Shown here: piece after piece, positions 27,473 through 37,970 of the stretch
Layout of the letters: each line of letters opens with the position of its first letter
Numbering within the stretch: position 1 is the first letter of the stretch
Source of the DNA: an uncultured Blautia sp.
Lineage (GTDB): Bacteria; Bacillota; Clostridia; Lachnospirales; Lachnospiraceae
Direction: 5' to 3'
Assembly: GCA_900547685.1 (NCBI GenBank)
Contig: URHS01000007.1
Location: 137-64,136 of the forward strand
Length of the DNA stretch: 64,000 nt
Notes under the pieces: generated by a model
Told to the model about the DNA's origin: nothing
The model's input: the letters and a program-made list of their open reading frames with translations, nothing else
Database searches by the model: none
Position numbers and translations under genes: made by a program

Positions 27473-27497
27473 CTACAAAAAATTGCAAGGGGGAAAC

Positions 27498-29222
27498 ATG
27501 CATATGAAACAAATATCCGGAAACAAATTATTAGTCAAAGCATTAAAAGAAGAAGGTGTAGATGTACTTTTCGGCTATCCCGGAGCATGCACCATTGATA
27601 TCAGTGACGAATTGTACAAACAAAGCGGTATTGATATTATCCTGCCAAGACATGAACAGGCTCTGGTACATGAAGCGGATGCCTATGCAAGAACCACTGG
27701 AAAAGTGGGAGTTTGTCTGGTAACCAGTGGTCCGGGAGCAACCAATCTGGTCACAGGCCTTGCAACTGCAAATTATGACAGTGTTCCGCTGGTATGTTTT
27801 ACCGGACAGGTTGCAAGACATTTAATTGGAAACGATGCCTTTCAGGAAGTTGATATTGTAGGTATTACCAGAAGTATTACTAAATATGGTATTACCGTTC
27901 GAAATCGTGAAGATTTAGGACGTATCATAAAAGAAGCTTTCTATATTGCCCGAACAGGAAGACCTGGTCCGGTTCTCATTGATCTTCCAAAAGATGTAAT
28001 GGCAGAACTTGGCAGTCCGGAATATCCAAATTCTGTAAATATCCGGGGATACAAGCCAAATACCAGTGTTCATATCGGTCAGTTAAAACGTGCCTTAAAA
28101 GTACTCCAGAAGGCTAAAAAACCTCTGTTTCTGGCAGGAGGCGGTGTAAACATCTCACGGGCAAATGAAGTTTTCACAAAAATAGTAGAAAAAACACAGA
28201 TTCCGGTTGTAACAACAGTTATGGGACGCGGTGCAATTTCCACGAAAAGCCCTTACTTCATTGGTAATCTCGGTATGCACGGAGCTTATGCTGCCAATAT
28301 GGCTGTAAGTAATTGTGACGTCTTATTCTCCATCGGAACACGATTTAACGACCGCATCACAGGTAAACTCCATGCTTTTGCACCAAATGCACAAATCATC
28401 CACATAGATATTGATACTGCTTCTATTTCCAGAAATATTCATGTCGATATTCCTATTGTAGCCGATGCCAAAGAAGCTCTTATAAAGATGGATGAATATG
28501 TAGAAGTGCAAAACACACAAAAATGGTTGGAAGAAATTCACAATTGGCAGGAAGAACATCCGCTGACTATGAAAAGCCGTCCGCTTATGAGTCCTCTTGA
28601 TATTATTTCAGAAATCAATCAGCAGTTTGAAGAATGTATTTTGGTGACGGACGTAGGACAGCATCAAATGTTGGTTTCTCAATATGCTGATATTACAGAG
28701 AAAAAACGTCTGGTTATGTCCGGTGGTCTGGGAACTATGGGATATGGACTTCCAGGTGCAATCGGTGCTAAAATCGGAAATCCTGATGTTCCTGTTATTT
28801 CTATCTCCGGAGATGGAGGCATGCAAATGAATATTCAGGAAATGGCAACTGCTGTTTTAGAAGAACTTCCGATTATATCCTGTATTTTTAATAATGAATA
28901 TCTTGGTATGGTTCGCCAATGGCAAAAACTTTTCTATGGAAAACGTTACAGTATGACCAATTTAAAGGCAGGAGCACTGTCACGCCGCACAGAAGGTGCA
29001 GAATTTCCGGAATATACTCCTGATTTTGTAAAATTAGCAGAGAGTTACGGAGCAAAAGGCATCCGAGTTACAAAAAAAGAAGAAATTGCTGCTGCTTTTG
29101 AAGAAGCAAAGAAAAATACAAAGACTCCTACAATCATTGAATTTATCATTGATCCGGAAGAAATGGTGTATCCAATGATTAAGCCGGGAGGAACTTTAGA
29201 AGATATGATTATTGACTGTTAG
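27498..29222 (+). CDS. ilvB: Acetolactate synthase large subunit
   Basis: FGYPG, RHEQ, TSGPGATN, GDGG..MN, LGMVRQWQ. Confidence 0.96.
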   Translation: MHMKQISGNKLLVKALKEEGVDVLFGYPGACTIDISDELYKQSGIDIILPRHEQALVHEADAYARTTGKVGVCLVTSGPGATNLVTGLATANYDSVPLVCFTGQVARHLIGNDAFQEVDIVGITRSITKYGITVRNREDLGRIIKEAFYIARTGRPGPVLIDLPKDVMAELGSPEYPNSVNIRGYKPNTSVHIGQLKRALKVLQKAKKPLFLAGGGVNISRANEVFTKIVEKTQIPVVTTVMGRGAISTKSPYFIGNLGMHGAYAANMAVSNCDVLFSIGTRFNDRITGKLHAFAPNAQIIHIDIDTASISRNIHVDIPIVADAKEALIKMDEYVEVQNTQKWLEEIHNWQEEHPLTMKSRPLMSPLDIISEINQQFEECILVTDVGQHQMLVSQYADITEKKRLVMSGGLGTMGYGLPGAIGAKIGNPDVPVISISGDGGMQMNIQEMATAVLEELPIISCIFNNEYLGMVRQWQKLFYGKRYSMTNLKAGALSRRTEGAEFPEYTPDFVKLAESYGAKGIRVTKKEEIAAAFEEAKKNTKTPTIIEFIIDPEEMVYPMIKPGGTLEDMIIDC

Positions 29223-29234
29223 GAGGAACCAAAC

Positions 29235-29744
29235 ATGAATAAAGGAATGAAAAAAAGATGGATTTCACTGTACGTAGAAAATCAGGTTGGTGTTCTTTCT
29301 AAGATTTCCGGGCTTTTTTCCGGTAAATGCTACAACCTGGATAGCCTTACAGTAGGTACCACGGAAGACCCTACTGTCTCTCGTATGACTATTGCAACTG
29401 TTAGTGACGATGAAACATTTGAGCAGATAAAAAAACAATTAAACCGCATGGTTGAAGTAATCAAGGTCATTGATTTCACAGATATTTTTGTTCGCATGAA
29501 AGAAATTCTCTATGTAAAAGTTATGAACTGTACACCTGCTGACAAGGTAGAAGTATTCCAAATTGCAGAAACCTTCAAAGCAAGAGTCATTGATTATGGA
29601 AAAGATAGTCTTCTTCTGGAATTTGTCCAGACAGCAACAAAAAATGATGCTGTTATTAAACTGTTTAAAGAGGAATTTCAGACCATTGAAGTTGTGCGAG
29701 GAGGAAGTGTTGGAATTGAATCTATCAGTATGATGGAGCGTTAA
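29235..29744 (+). CDS. ilvN: Acetolactate synthase small subunit
   Basis: ACT domain VEN..GVL.KISGLF; EQIKKQLN; follows ilvB. Confidence 0.94.
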   Translation: MNKGMKKRWISLYVENQVGVLSKISGLFSGKCYNLDSLTVGTTEDPTVSRMTIATVSDDETFEQIKKQLNRMVEVIKVIDFTDIFVRMKEILYVKVMNCTPADKVEVFQIAETFKARVIDYGKDSLLLEFVQTATKNDAVIKLFKEEFQTIEVVRGGSVGIESISMMER

Positions 29745-29750
29745 GCAATC

Positions 29751-29790
29751 AAAGACAGGATACCGTTATTTTTCACGGTACCTGTCTTTT
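29751..29790. terminator. Terminator between ilvN and the PPIase gene
   Basis: AAAGACAGG.TACCG...CGGTACCTGTCTTT. Confidence 0.75.
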
Positions 29791-29841
29791 GTAGTACATT
29801 GCACGAATTCACCACAGCTTGCAAAAAAGCGTTGAATGATG

Positions 29842-30426
29842 CTATTTTATGACTTTAATGCTTTTAATTATGGGCTGATTTTCAGGCAATACCGTACCGT
29901 TATCATCGATTACCTTTGCTTCACTGCAGATTTTATCTACAATTTCTATTCCTTCTGTTACATGTCCGAAGGCTGCGTATTGCCCGTCTAAAAAAGTGCT
30001 GTCTTCATCTACAATGAAAAACTGAGAACTGGCACTGTCCGGAGCTTGAGAACGAGCCATAGACAAGGTTCCCTTCTCATGTGAAATAGTATTATTGACA
30101 CCATTTTGAGCAAATTCTCCTTTAATGGTTTCTTCTGAGCCCCCTGTACCATTTCCCAGAGGATCCCCTCCCTGCATCATAAAGCCGTCCATAATACGAT
30201 GAAAAGTCAATCCATCATAAAAGCCCTCTTCTGCCAGAGAAATAAAATTTTCTACCGTAATCGGTGCCTGTTCCGGATCTAACTCTGCTTTAATTGTTCC
30301 ATAATCTTTAATGTTAATTTCTACTTTAGGATTATCATTCTCATCTTTCTTATCTTTTTCGCCACATCCGGCTAATACTAGTCCCAGCACACTGGCTGTT
30401 GCAATTATTCGAGTCCATTTTTTCAT
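29842..30426 (-). CDS. Cyclophilin-type peptidyl-prolyl isomerase, lipoprotein
   Basis: LAGC lipobox; FYDGLTFHRI..GFMMQGGDP, SASSQFFI. Confidence 0.94.
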   Translation of the reverse strand: MKKWTRIIATASVLGLVLAGCGEKDKKDENDNPKVEINIKDYGTIKAELDPEQAPITVENFISLAEEGFYDGLTFHRIMDGFMMQGGDPLGNGTGGSEETIKGEFAQNGVNNTISHEKGTLSMARSQAPDSASSQFFIVDEDSTFLDGQYAAFGHVTEGIEIVDKICSEAKVIDDNGTVLPENQPIIKSIKVIK

Positions 30427-30442
30427 GAATTTATAATCTCCT

Positions 30443-31492
30443 TTAAGCTTTTATTGCCCATCTCATTTTTGTGGAACGAGAACGGCTGTTTCTTGCACAT
30501 TCTTCTGCAGAAGGTCTGATAACATCTTTTGAGATTTCGCTGTAGACACCTTCTCTGTAAAAACGCTGAAATGCTTTTTTTACTAAACGATCCTCTCCGG
30601 AATGGAAAGTTAAAATAGCAACACGAGCTCCCTTATTTAAAACAGTAGGAAGTTTTTCCATAAATGCTTCTAACACTTCAAATTCACTGTTTACATCAAT
30701 ACGCAGAGCCTGAAATGTTCTGGCACAGGATTTTTTTACCATCTCTTTGCGCTCTTTTTCCGGAATACGCACTAAGGCTTTTTCAACTGCTTTTTGCAGC
30801 TGTGTGGTAGTTGTTATCGCATTTCCCCTTCTAATTTCAGAAATAATCGTATTGGAAATTTCTTTTGCATAAGGTTCATCTGAATTTTCAATAAGCATCC
30901 CTTCCAGCTCCAGCTGAGAAATATCTTTTAAACGTTCAGCTGCTGAAATTCCCTTTTCGGGATTTAAACGCAAATCTAAAGGGCCTTCAAATTTGTAAGT
31001 GAATCCACGTTCAGGATTATCAATCTGCATAGAAGAAACACCCAAATCTGCCAGAACAAAATCAAAACCGCCGGCCTCTTCTTTTAATCGGTCCACATCA
31101 GCAAAATTCATCTGCTTAATTGTAAGAATATCTTCCCCATATCCCATTTTTTCCAAACGTGCTTTTGTCTTTTTTATCTCTATGGGATCTACATCCAAAG
31201 CATATAAATGTCCTTTTCCTTCTAAGCAGCTTAACATCTTTGAAGAATGTCCGCCATATCCTAATGTTGCATCAAGTCCTATCTGCCCCGGCTGAATTTG
31301 CAGAAAATCTAAAATTTCCTGTACGCAGATAGAAATGTGCATACCGGCAGGTGTTCCACCCTTTTGAATAACTTTTTCAATGGTATCTGCATACTTTTCC
31401 GGCTGTAACTCTTTATATTTTTCTTTATAGTTTCTGGGATGTGTTCCTTTATAGCGTACTCGTCTTTTATGCTGTTGTTCTTGATTTTCCAT
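30443..31492 (-). CDS. rsmH: 16S rRNA m4C1402 methyltransferase family (RsmH paralog)
   Basis: DATLGYGGHS, DLGVSSMQID, FQALRI.VN, TFHSGEDR. Confidence 0.9.
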   Translation of the reverse strand: MENQEQQHKRRVRYKGTHPRNYKEKYKELQPEKYADTIEKVIQKGGTPAGMHISICVQEILDFLQIQPGQIGLDATLGYGGHSSKMLSCLEGKGHLYALDVDPIEIKKTKARLEKMGYGEDILTIKQMNFADVDRLKEEAGGFDFVLADLGVSSMQIDNPERGFTYKFEGPLDLRLNPEKGISAAERLKDISQLELEGMLIENSDEPYAKEISNTIISEIRRGNAITTTTQLQKAVEKALVRIPEKERKEMVKKSCARTFQALRIDVNSEFEVLEAFMEKLPTVLNKGARVAILTFHSGEDRLVKKAFQRFYREGVYSEISKDVIRPSAEECARNSRSRSTKMRWAIKA

Positions 31493-31501
31493 TTTTTACT
31501 C

Positions 31502-32521
31502 CTATCTTGAAAGATTTACTTCTTTTGATTTCATGATTTTTAAAATTTCTTCTTCACTCACCACATTAAAATCGTGTTGAATCATTAATTTCATCACACT
31601 GGCCGCAATAGAAAAATCAATGAGTTTCTGCGGAGAAAAATTCTTTGCCAAAGCATGTAAAAGTCCTGCGGCAAAAGCATCACCTGCACCTACTGCCTCT
31701 AAACTGTGTACTGTGTGAATTGGACTTTCATAAAATTTTCCATCATACAGGTAAATTCCCATCCATTCACCATCTTCTACCGTATGGATATTTCTCAATA
31801 CGCTGGCAACGCTCTTACAATTGGGATATTGTTTTGTGATTTCTAACATTCCCCGCTTATAATCCTCAATCTGCTCGATACCATGAGATAAATCTCCGTC
31901 AAAAGCATGGATACCGAGACTTGACTCAAAGTCTTCATCATTTGCAATACACAAATCTACATAATTCATTAATTTTTTCATAACACTCTGTGCTTTTTCT
32001 GTACTCCACATTTTTCCGCGGTAATTCAAATCACAGACCACCTGAATGTTATGTTCTTTACAGTAATTAAGAGCTTCTGTTAAAGCAATCTCAATGTTGT
32101 CGCTAATTGCCGGTGTGACACCGGAAAAGTAAAAAATGTCTACGTCTTGAAGAATATTTTCCCAGCAAAATTCTTCTGGTTTTGTTAAAGATATTGCACT
32201 GTATTCTCTATCATAAACAACATTTGTCTGACGAATATTACTTCCTTTTTCAAAGTAATAGATACCCAGACGTTTTCCGCCTTTCAAAACAAGGTCTGTA
32301 TTTACACCATAACCACGAATTTCTTTTAAAGCTGCCATACCCACAGGGTTATCCGGTACTTTTGTAAGAAAAGAAACATTGTCCTCCAGCATTGCCAAAG
32401 ATACTGCAACATTAGCTTCTGCGCCTCCATAACTGGCCTCAAAATTTTGTGACTGGATAATTCGTAAATGCTCCGGTGTTTTTAAACGAAGCATTATTTC
32501 TCCGAAAGTTACTATTTTCAT
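31502..32521 (-). CDS. PfkB-family sugar kinase (KDG kinase-like)
   Basis: FGEIMLRL, GGAEANVA, DLNYR..MW, VGAGDAF. Confidence 0.9.
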   Translation of the reverse strand: MKIVTFGEIMLRLKTPEHLRIIQSQNFEASYGGAEANVAVSLAMLEDNVSFLTKVPDNPVGMAALKEIRGYGVNTDLVLKGGKRLGIYYFEKGSNIRQTNVVYDREYSAISLTKPEEFCWENILQDVDIFYFSGVTPAISDNIEIALTEALNYCKEHNIQVVCDLNYRGKMWSTEKAQSVMKKLMNYVDLCIANDEDFESSLGIHAFDGDLSHGIEQIEDYKRGMLEITKQYPNCKSVASVLRNIHTVEDGEWMGIYLYDGKFYESPIHTVHSLEAVGAGDAFAAGLLHALAKNFSPQKLIDFSIAASVMKLMIQHDFNVVSEEEILKIMKSKEVNLSR

Positions 32522-32534
32522 CTTGATCTACCTC

Positions 32535-33014
32535 CTACTTATGATATGGTTCTCCTGCAGCAATACGATATCCACGATAAATCTGCTCTAATAAAATCAC
32601 ACGCATTAACTGGTGTGGAAATGTCATCTTAGAAAAACTAAGTGCATAATCAGAACGCTTTAATACTTCTGTTCCTAATCCAATAGAACCCCCGATAATA
32701 AAAATAATATGACTTTTTCCCTGAACCCCTAACTGCTGGATTTTTTTCGAGAATTCCACAGAGTCTACCATTGCACCTCCAATTTCCAAAGTAATCACAT
32801 AAGCATCTTCTTTTACATATTTTAAAATTCTCTCGCCTTCTTTTTGGCGAATTTGATTTTCTACTACTTCACTGGCTGCATCCGGTGTTTTTTCATCTGC
32901 AACTTCTATAATTTCCAATTTACAGTATTTACTAAGTCTTTTACTATACTCTGCCACAGCATCTTTTAAATATTTTTCTTTTAATTTTCCTACGGTAATA
33001 ATCGTAATTTTCAT
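32535..33014 (-). CDS. rlmH: 23S rRNA pseudouridine-1915 N3-methyltransferase
   Basis: VGKLKEKY...IGGS.G...[17 protein letters not shown]...EPYHK. Confidence 0.97.
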   Translation of the reverse strand: MKITIITVGKLKEKYLKDAVAEYSKRLSKYCKLEIIEVADEKTPDAASEVVENQIRQKEGERILKYVKEDAYVITLEIGGAMVDSVEFSKKIQQLGVQGKSHIIFIIGGSIGLGTEVLKRSDYALSFSKMTFPHQLMRVILLEQIYRGYRIAAGEPYHK

Positions 33015-33025
33015 AAACGTCCTTC

Positions 33026-33550
33026 CTAAATACGAATATAGGCATATCCCTCTTCTTGCTTTTCTATAAGAGTCAGAATACCAAAAGGTACCGTTGTTAC
33101 CCAAGACAACAATTCTGCATTTGTAATTTCCAATTCTTTCATAGAATTTTCACATACCAAAAATTTTACACCTTCTCTGTGCATCTGTAAGGCTATTGCA
33201 TGTTCTTCTGATGATAATAGTCCTTTTACTGCCTGATTTACTGCCAAAATTTCCACACAGCATACTACTTTTTGTTCACAAAGTTTTTCTGCATACTTTT
33301 CTGCTTTTTCTAATCCCTGCACATCTTCTACATGAAAAATCACTTTTCCCTTTGGCTGAGAAACAGGTTCTTTTCCTATAATTTCATACTCTATTTCGTC
33401 GATGGACAGAGGTATTCCCGTATTGCTGGTTACATTAACACCACCGTACCAGGTACTTTCCACAGTGAAAATATCTCCCTCCTGATAATCAGAAGACCAA
33501 TCATCCATTTTCTTTACAATCTTAACTTGATCACCTTTTACTGCTTTCAT
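33026..33550 (-). CDS. Two-domain protein: small beta N-terminal domain plus DsrE-like C-terminal domain
   Basis: C-terminus VIFHV...[11 protein letters not shown]...VP.G...[11 protein letters not shown]. Confidence 0.7.
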   Translation of the reverse strand: MKAVKGDQVKIVKKMDDWSSDYQEGDIFTVESTWYGGVNVTSNTGIPLSIDEIEYEIIGKEPVSQPKGKVIFHVEDVQGLEKAEKYAEKLCEQKVVCCVEILAVNQAVKGLLSSEEHAIALQMHREGVKFLVCENSMKELEITNAELLSWVTTVPFGILTLIEKQEEGYAYIRI

Positions 33551-34255
33551 CTATTTTCTCCTCATTCTTTGTAAACGTTCTTTACTTTCTTTCGGTACAC
33601 GGTAAGATTCTCGAATTTTTTGAATGGATTTATTATGAGTGAAATCATCTAAAAGATTTTCCACAAAAATTTTTTCTGTTTTCTCTGGAAACTTTACATA
33701 ACATACAGAAATTGCCCATGCCACTGCCATTTTTACATAGTATCCGTTGTGACGAATCTGAGATAATAAATCCAGCACTTCTTCTATATAAGTTTCGTTG
33801 ACAAAAAAATCCAAAAGACATACCACGGCAAAACGTAGTTCATATTCTTGTGTGCTGATTAAATATGCCTTAAGAAACAATATCCACTCCTCTGGAAAAT
33901 CACGCATAAATTTATAAGTAGCACAGCTGCAATCACAAATTGCCCAATTATTAATATGAGGAACAAATTTTACAAGTTCTTGTTTACGCTCTTCTATGGA
34001 AAGCTTTGCATAGCCTAAAATCATTCCCCATAGCATCAATTCCTCATAAACTTGCGTATCAATATTTTCGATAAACTCCCTATAATTTTCTTTTGCTGCT
34101 TTTTTTGCGATTTCTCTCAACTTCGGCACTCGCACACCTAAAATATTAGAAATACCGGGAACAAGCGAACTATGGAAAGCTCTATAAGCTTCCTCGCTGT
34201 TTTTATATAATTCATTTCTTATCCATTGCGTAATATCTGACATTTTTTTCTCCAT
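33551..34255 (-). CDS. DNA alkylation repair (AlkD-like) protein
   Basis: LGVRVP.LR, NWAICD, YYVKMAVAW. Confidence 0.88.
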   Translation of the reverse strand: MEKKMSDITQWIRNELYKNSEEAYRAFHSSLVPGISNILGVRVPKLREIAKKAAKENYREFIENIDTQVYEELMLWGMILGYAKLSIEERKQELVKFVPHINNWAICDCSCATYKFMRDFPEEWILFLKAYLISTQEYELRFAVVCLLDFFVNETYIEEVLDLLSQIRHNGYYVKMAVAWAISVCYVKFPEKTEKIFVENLLDDFTHNKSIQKIRESYRVPKESKERLQRMRRK

Positions 34256-34260
34256 TTATA

Positions 34261-34293
34261 GAAAAAGGCCCGCATTTTCGTACGGACCTTTTC
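34261..34293 (-). terminator. Terminator after nfnB
   Basis: GAAAAAGG.CCG...CGGACCTTTTCT inverted repeat. Confidence 0.65.
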
Positions 34294-34325
34294 TGAAATC
34301 GGAATCACACAGCTATTTCCCGATT

Positions 34326-35720
34326 TTATTTTTCTTTATTTTTAATGAATTCATCAATACCTTTTGCTGCTGCTTTACCTGCACCCATAGCCAGAATAAC
34401 AGTAGCTGCACCGGTTACAGCATCACCGCCGGCATAAACACCTTCTTTAGATGTTTTTCCGTTTTCTTCGTCTGCAATGATACATTTTCTTCTATTAATA
34501 TCAAGGCCTACTGTTGTAGAAGAAATCAATGGATTTGGAGAAGTTCCCAGAGACATAATAACAGTATCTGCTTCCATTTCAAATTCAGAGCCATCAATTA
34601 CTACAGGACGTCTTCTTCCGGATGCATCTGGTTCACCAAGTTCCATGCGAACACATTTAACACCTTTTACCCAGCCATTTTCATCAGCCAGAATTTCTAC
34701 CGGGTTTGTCAGAAGGTCGAAAATAATACCTTCTTCTTTTGCATGATGTACTTCTTCTTTTCTTGCAGGAAGTTCTTCTTCACTTCTTCTATATACAACA
34801 TGTACTTCTGCTCCAAGACGAAGCGCTGTTCTTGCAGCATCCATAGCAACGTTACCGCCACCTACTACTACTACTTTTTTGCCTGTCACGATTGGAGTAT
34901 CATAGTCTTCACGGAAAGCTTTCATCAGGTTACTTCTTGTTAAATATTCATTTGCAGAAAATACACCGTTAGATACTTCACCCGGAATTCCCATAAACAT
35001 TGGAAGTCCTGCACCGGAACCGATAAATACAGCTTCAAAACCTTCATTTTCCAGTAATTCATCTACAGTTGTAGATTTACCGATAATAACGTTTGTTTCG
35101 ATTTTAACGCCTAAAGATTTTACATTTTCTACTTCTTCTTTTACAACTTTATCTTTTGGAAGACGGAATTCAGGAATACCATATACTAATACACCGCCTG
35201 CCTGATGTAATGCTTCAAAAATAGTTACATCGTAACCCATTTTTGCTAAATCACCTGCACAAGTAAGTCCGGAAGGACCGGAACCGATTACTGCTACTTT
35301 ATGTCCGTTTTTCTCAGCAGGAGCTTCCGGTTTAATGCCGTTTTCTTTTGCCCAGTCTGCAACGAAACGTTCCAGTTTACCGATAGAAACGGCTTCGCCC
35401 TTAATTCCTCTGATACATACACCTTCACACTGTGATTCCTGAGGACATACACGTCCGCAGACAGCTGGAAGAGCACTGGACTGACCAATGATTTTATATG
35501 CTTCTTCGAAGTTTCCTTCTTTTACTTCATGAATAAAAGCAGGAATGTTAATGGATACCGGACAACCTTTTACACATTTTGCATTTTTACAGTTTAAGCA
35601 GCGAGCTGCTTCTTCCATTGCTTCTTCTTTACTATATCCAAGACAAACTTCTTCAAAGTTTGTAGCTCTTACCTGAGGATCCTGTTCTCTTACAGGAACT
35701 TTTTCTAATACGTTACCCAT
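34326..35720 (-). CDS. nfnB: Nfn transhydrogenase large subunit (often annotated NADPH-dependent glutamate synthase)
   Basis: EAARCLNC, CGRVCPQE.QCE, GSGPSG, GGGNVAMD; paired with nfnA. Confidence 0.88.
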   Translation of the reverse strand: MGNVLEKVPVREQDPQVRATNFEEVCLGYSKEEAMEEAARCLNCKNAKCVKGCPVSINIPAFIHEVKEGNFEEAYKIIGQSSALPAVCGRVCPQESQCEGVCIRGIKGEAVSIGKLERFVADWAKENGIKPEAPAEKNGHKVAVIGSGPSGLTCAGDLAKMGYDVTIFEALHQAGGVLVYGIPEFRLPKDKVVKEEVENVKSLGVKIETNVIIGKSTTVDELLENEGFEAVFIGSGAGLPMFMGIPGEVSNGVFSANEYLTRSNLMKAFREDYDTPIVTGKKVVVVGGGNVAMDAARTALRLGAEVHVVYRRSEEELPARKEEVHHAKEEGIIFDLLTNPVEILADENGWVKGVKCVRMELGEPDASGRRRPVVIDGSEFEMEADTVIMSLGTSPNPLISSTTVGLDINRRKCIIADEENGKTSKEGVYAGGDAVTGAATVILAMGAGKAAAKGIDEFIKNKEK

Positions 35721-36607
35721 TATTCGTCACCTCCGCAGTTTCCACATCCGCCATGATGTGTATCGCCTTCACGTTCTTTTAATAATGCACGGCCTTCTTC
35801 TGTCTTATACATCTGCTGTCTCTTCATAGCCAAATCCCAGTCAATTAAATGACCATCAAATTCAGGACCGTCTACACATGCAAATTTTACTTCTCCGCCA
35901 ACGATTACACGGCATGCTCCACACATACCTGTTCCATCAACCATGATTGGGTTCATGGATACGATAGTTGGGATATCATATTTCTTTGTTGTAAGGCAAC
36001 AGAATTTCATCATGATCATAGGACCGATAGCAACACATCTTGTATATGTTTTTCCTTCAGCAACCAAGTCATCAATTACTTTTGTTACCATACCACTGCG
36101 TCCGTAAGAACCATCATCTGTTGTTACATAAAGGTTTCCTGCTACAGCTTCCATTTCTTTTTCAAGAATAACTAAATCTTTTGTTTTTGCTCCTACAATA
36201 ACATCTGCATCAATGCCATGCTCATGAAGCCATTTTACCTGAGGATAAACAGGAGCAGTACCTACTCCACCGGCTACAAACAAAATTTTCTCTTTTTTTA
36301 ATTCTTCAATATCTTCATTTACAAATTCAGATGGACATCCTAAAGGACCAACAAAGTCTTCAAAAGCATCTCCTGTCTGTAATTTTGCAAATTTTTCTGT
36401 GGATGCTCCAATTGGCTGGAATACAATGGTTACAGTTCCTGCCTCTCTGTCATAATCACAAATTGTCAGGGGAATTCTTTCTCCTGCATCATCTAATTTT
36501 ACGATGATAAACTGTCCTGGCTGACAATGTTTTGCAACCATAGGTGCTTCTACAACCATGAGATATACAATCTCATTAAGCTTTTCTGCTTTTAGAATTT
36601 TATACAT
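35720..36607 (-). CDS. nfnA: Nfn transhydrogenase small subunit (FAD, 2Fe-2S)
   Basis: PGQF, ERIPLTI, GGVG, MVDGTGMCGACR, CVDGPEF. Confidence 0.88.
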   Translation of the reverse strand: MYKILKAEKLNEIVYLMVVEAPMVAKHCQPGQFIIVKLDDAGERIPLTICDYDREAGTVTIVFQPIGASTEKFAKLQTGDAFEDFVGPLGCPSEFVNEDIEELKKEKILFVAGGVGTAPVYPQVKWLHEHGIDADVIVGAKTKDLVILEKEMEAVAGNLYVTTDDGSYGRSGMVTKVIDDLVAEGKTYTRCVAIGPMIMMKFCCLTTKKYDIPTIVSMNPIMVDGTGMCGACRVIVGGEVKFACVDGPEFDGHLIDWDLAMKRQQMYKTEEGRALLKEREGDTHHGGCGNCGGDE

Positions 36608-36820
36608 AATGTCCTCCTCAATATTTCTCACAAAATACCGGCTTTCTCTGCCCGCATAGCAGTTTTGCGATGAATTCCATCGATATTATCTTATGTCGAT
36701 ATATTGTTATAATTGCTAACCATCAGTATAAGGCAAATAGAATAAAATTTCAATCTGCTTTTACTGCATAAAATTCATTTTTGTGCATATTGCTGTTATT
36801 TATTTCTTTTTTTTGACTTA

Positions 36821-37951
36821 TTACCCATAATAAACATAAATAGCACTGCTTACCGGACTTACTTTTCCTCTTTTATCAACGGCAATTGCAGAAAAAGTAT
36901 GTTCACCTTCCGGCATGGCAATAGGACCTGTGTATTTTTGGCTGTCTACCGTAGGCTCTTCATCAAAAGCATAATAAATATCGCAGCCCTCTTCTGCTGT
37001 CACAATAATATCTGCCGCATAATCATATTTATCAGAATTTGGAGAAATCTGTGGTTTTTCCGGAGCTTTGAATTTCAGAATATAAGTTTCTTCCCCTACT
37101 TTACTTGGAATTCCCTTTTTATTGTAAGCAATATACCTCAGCGTCACAGTTTCTTCTTTTTCAAGAACAATGGCCTTTTCATATTTCTTGCTATTTTTGT
37201 CCGGTGTTTTTCCATCCAAAGTATAGAAAACTTCTGTTCCCTCCGGTAAATTCTGAAATTCTACAGTAATATCAGTAGAATATTTCCCTCCCACATTTGA
37301 AGGTAAAGGTTTTTCAGATACATAAACCTTATATTTCTCTTTCATGGTGTTGCTGGCATTATTCATTAACTCTGCGATTTTATCAAACTCTTCATTTTTT
37401 TCATAAAGTCTCAAAAGTTCCCCGTAGGCATTAACACTGTCCGGATGTTCTTCTACAACAGAAAGCAAAATAGATAAAGCAGCTGACTCATTATCTTCTT
37501 TCAGATAAATTTTTGCTTCTAAAACATTTGCCTCTGCACTTTTGGGATTTAATGCTAATGCTCTTTCTATATATTTGAGAGCACTTTCGTAATCTTTATT
37601 GCTGAATTTTGTCTCTGCCTGTGCCATTTGAAAGTCAAAAGAATTATGCTGAGACTCATAGACAAAAAACATCCCAAGTCCGGCTGCTGCAATGATTGCC
37701 GCAACAGAACCTGCTAATATAATTTTTCTTTTCTTTTTCTTCTTTTTTTCAAGCTCTGCTTTTCTTTGCAGACGTTCCTGTTCCTTTTGCAGTTCCAGTT
37801 CTTTTTTTCTCTTTTCCTGCTCTTTTAATTCTCTTTGCTTGATTAAGGTTTCCAATGTGTTATATTCCGGAACCCATTGAACTTCCTTCCCGCATTTGGG
37901 GCAAAATAAAGTTCCTTCTTCAAGCTTTGCACCGCATTTTGTACATTTCAT
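36821..37951 (-). CDS. Zn-ribbon / TM / TPR / Fn3-associated domain protein
   Basis: CTKCG..FCPKCG, TM helix, TPR-like helices, YTLDGKTP...Y repeats. Confidence 0.82.
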   Translation of the reverse strand: MKCTKCGAKLEEGTLFCPKCGKEVQWVPEYNTLETLIKQRELKEQEKRKKELELQKEQERLQRKAELEKKKKKKRKIILAGSVAAIIAAAGLGMFFVYESQHNSFDFQMAQAETKFSNKDYESALKYIERALALNPKSAEANVLEAKIYLKEDNESAALSILLSVVEEHPDSVNAYGELLRLYEKNEEFDKIAELMNNASNTMKEKYKVYVSEKPLPSNVGGKYSTDITVEFQNLPEGTEVFYTLDGKTPDKNSKKYEKAIVLEKEETVTLRYIAYNKKGIPSKVGEETYILKFKAPEKPQISPNSDKYDYAADIIVTAEEGCDIYYAFDEEPTVDSQKYTGPIAMPEGEHTFSAIAVDKRGKVSPVSSAIYVYYG

Positions 37952-37970
37952 GCTACTCTATCCTCATTTT

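Noticed and set aside
32500..32560. rlmH 3' end as an integration site (SCCmec-like hotspot)
   Set aside because: The kinase RBS follows the stop directly; no recombinase or duplicated end
34326..35720. Calling this gene true glutamate synthase
   Set aside because: No large GltB subunit nearby; pairing with the 2Fe-2S/FAD subunit indicates NfnAB
36700..36725. Rex box upstream of nfnAB (TTGTTA-N7-TAACCA)
   Set aside because: Spacing is one base off the 18-bp consensus and the right half is imperfect; the site at the rex promoter (48266-48283) matches only one half
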